Shown: in pieces, positions 62,672 through 64,000 of the stretch | Numbering within the stretch: the stretch's first letter is position 1 | Layout: each line of letters starts with the position of its first letter | Position numbers and translations under genes: made by a program | Source of the DNA: Octopus bimaculoides | Taxonomy: Eukaryota | Assembly: GCF_001194135.2 (NCBI RefSeq) | Contig: NC_068983.1 | Coordinates: forward strand, 1,212,896-1,276,895 | DNA length: 64,000 nt | Direction of reading: 5' to 3' | Notes under the pieces: generated by a model | Database searches by the model: none | What the model was told of the DNA's origin: nothing | What the model saw: only the letters and a program-made list of their open reading frames with translations

Positions 62672-62733
<62 letters not shown>

Positions 62734-62828
62734 NNNNNNNNNNNNNNNNNNNNNNNNNNNNNNNNNNNNNNNNNNNNNNNNNNNNNNNNNNNNNNNNNNN
62801 NNNNNNNNNNNNNNNNNNNNNNNNNNNN

Positions 62829-62885
<57 letters not shown>

Positions 62886-63214
62886 AAAGGAGAAAGGTTG
62901 AGAGAAAAAGGAGAAAGATAGAGATGAAGAGAGAAAGTTTCTCAGTTGCGCTATTTGAAAGCAAATATGTATATATAAAGCTGTGTGTGTCTTTGTGTCT
63001 GAGTTTGTCCGTCACCACCGCTTGTCTATAAGTTCCCATAACATAGCGGTTCGGCAAAAAAGATCCGATAGAATAGAGTAAGTACAAGATTTACAAAAAT
63101 ATGTACTGGGAACACTTCGTTCCTCTAAATTTCACGAAGGCGGTGCCACAGCATGGGCATAATCAAATGACCGAAACAAGTAAAATTTAAATGATAATAT
63201 TTATGCATGTGTGT

Positions 63215-63256
<42 letters not shown>

Positions 63257-63539
63257 AAAGGCTACCATTGGTTTCATGTTAAGAAAAGTAGGAAAATATT
63301 CTAGTGTCTTTCCATTTTTTCCAAAATGGAGGCGAATATCTTTCTCCATGTGATCGGCTTGCAAAATTAAGACACAAGGATATTTTCCTACTTATCTTAA
63401 TATGAAAGCAATGATAGCCTTAATTCACAAATAAAAATATTATACCCACCAATATGGTGTTGAGCACTCATTTTCCATCGTTCGACATTTACGTATATAT
63501 ATAACTACCTGCATATATATATGTATATATATGTATGAG

Positions 63540-64000
63540 CCACTGTCACTAGCTACGCTGATGACACAAAACTATCTCAGGCAATAAAGAGTCCTGATGA
63601 TATTGTAAGCCTACAGAATGACCTAAATGCAATATATGAGTGGGCGGAGCAAAACAATATGCAGTTCAATGCGGAAAAATTTCAAGTGCTGCGCTACAAG
63701 GCCACAAGTGCCTCCCAACTGGCATACACAGGACCTGGAGGTACTGCAATCCCAGAACCACAAGCCGTGAGAGACCTGGGCATCAACATGTGTAGTGATG
63801 CATCATTTGACATGCACATTGTCAAGTTGACAGCAAAGTGCAGACAGCTGGTGGGGTGGATACTGAGGACATTCCGAACAAGGGATCAAAAAGTCATGCT
63901 GACTCTATGGAAGACATTTGTCCTGAGCCGCCTAGACTATTGCTCTCAGTTGTGGTCACCACACAGTGTCAAACGGACAGCAGAACTCGAGGCAATTCAG
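63540..64000 (+). mobile_element. CR1/L2-group LINE RT, comparatively intact; runs off the right edge
   Basis: SYADDTKLSQAIKSPDDIVSLQNDLNAIYEWAEQNNMQFNAEKFQVLRY...RDLGINM...GWILRTFRTR...VLSRLDYCSQLWSP, open over the visible span. Confidence 0.88.

Noticed and set aside
649-62828. Long ORFs in the track containing X runs (e.g. 12021-13463, 35261-36358, 53393-54385, 58680-59903)
   Set aside because: They stay open only because they cross N-gaps and adjoining (TA)n/(CA)n repeats; the recognisable parts are LINE fragments.
6794-63087. MYVC/HTYI/SLSL/ERER/VCVC low-complexity ORFs
   Set aside because: Translations of microsatellites; no coding evidence.

Overview
AT-rich, intron-rich animal genomic DNA with many N-gaps, long (TA)n/(CA)n/(GA)n/(TACA)n microsatellites and dense SINE/LINE/MITE debris. 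The repeat style suggests an octopus genome (inference only). The main content is a head-to-tail tandem pair of PLP-dependent aromatic-L-amino-acid decarboxylase (DDC/HDC/TDC family) genes on the minus strand. Copy A is complete: I reconstructed 12 GT-AG coding exons from 40341 down to 15272 (1446 nt, 481 aa, no stops or frameshifts). Copy B shows exons 1-5 (10968 down to 340) and runs off the left edge. Upstream on the same strand lie the last two exons of an SLCO/OATP transporter (50774-50838, 48013-48458). Both decarboxylases keep the catalytic residues that are visible but have rewritten much of the substrate pocket, and both carry a cluster of palindromic bZIP (TTACGTAA / C/EBP-type) sites about 80-170 bp upstream of the ATG. 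Residue numbers below are human DDC numbering recalled from memory and aligned by eye.
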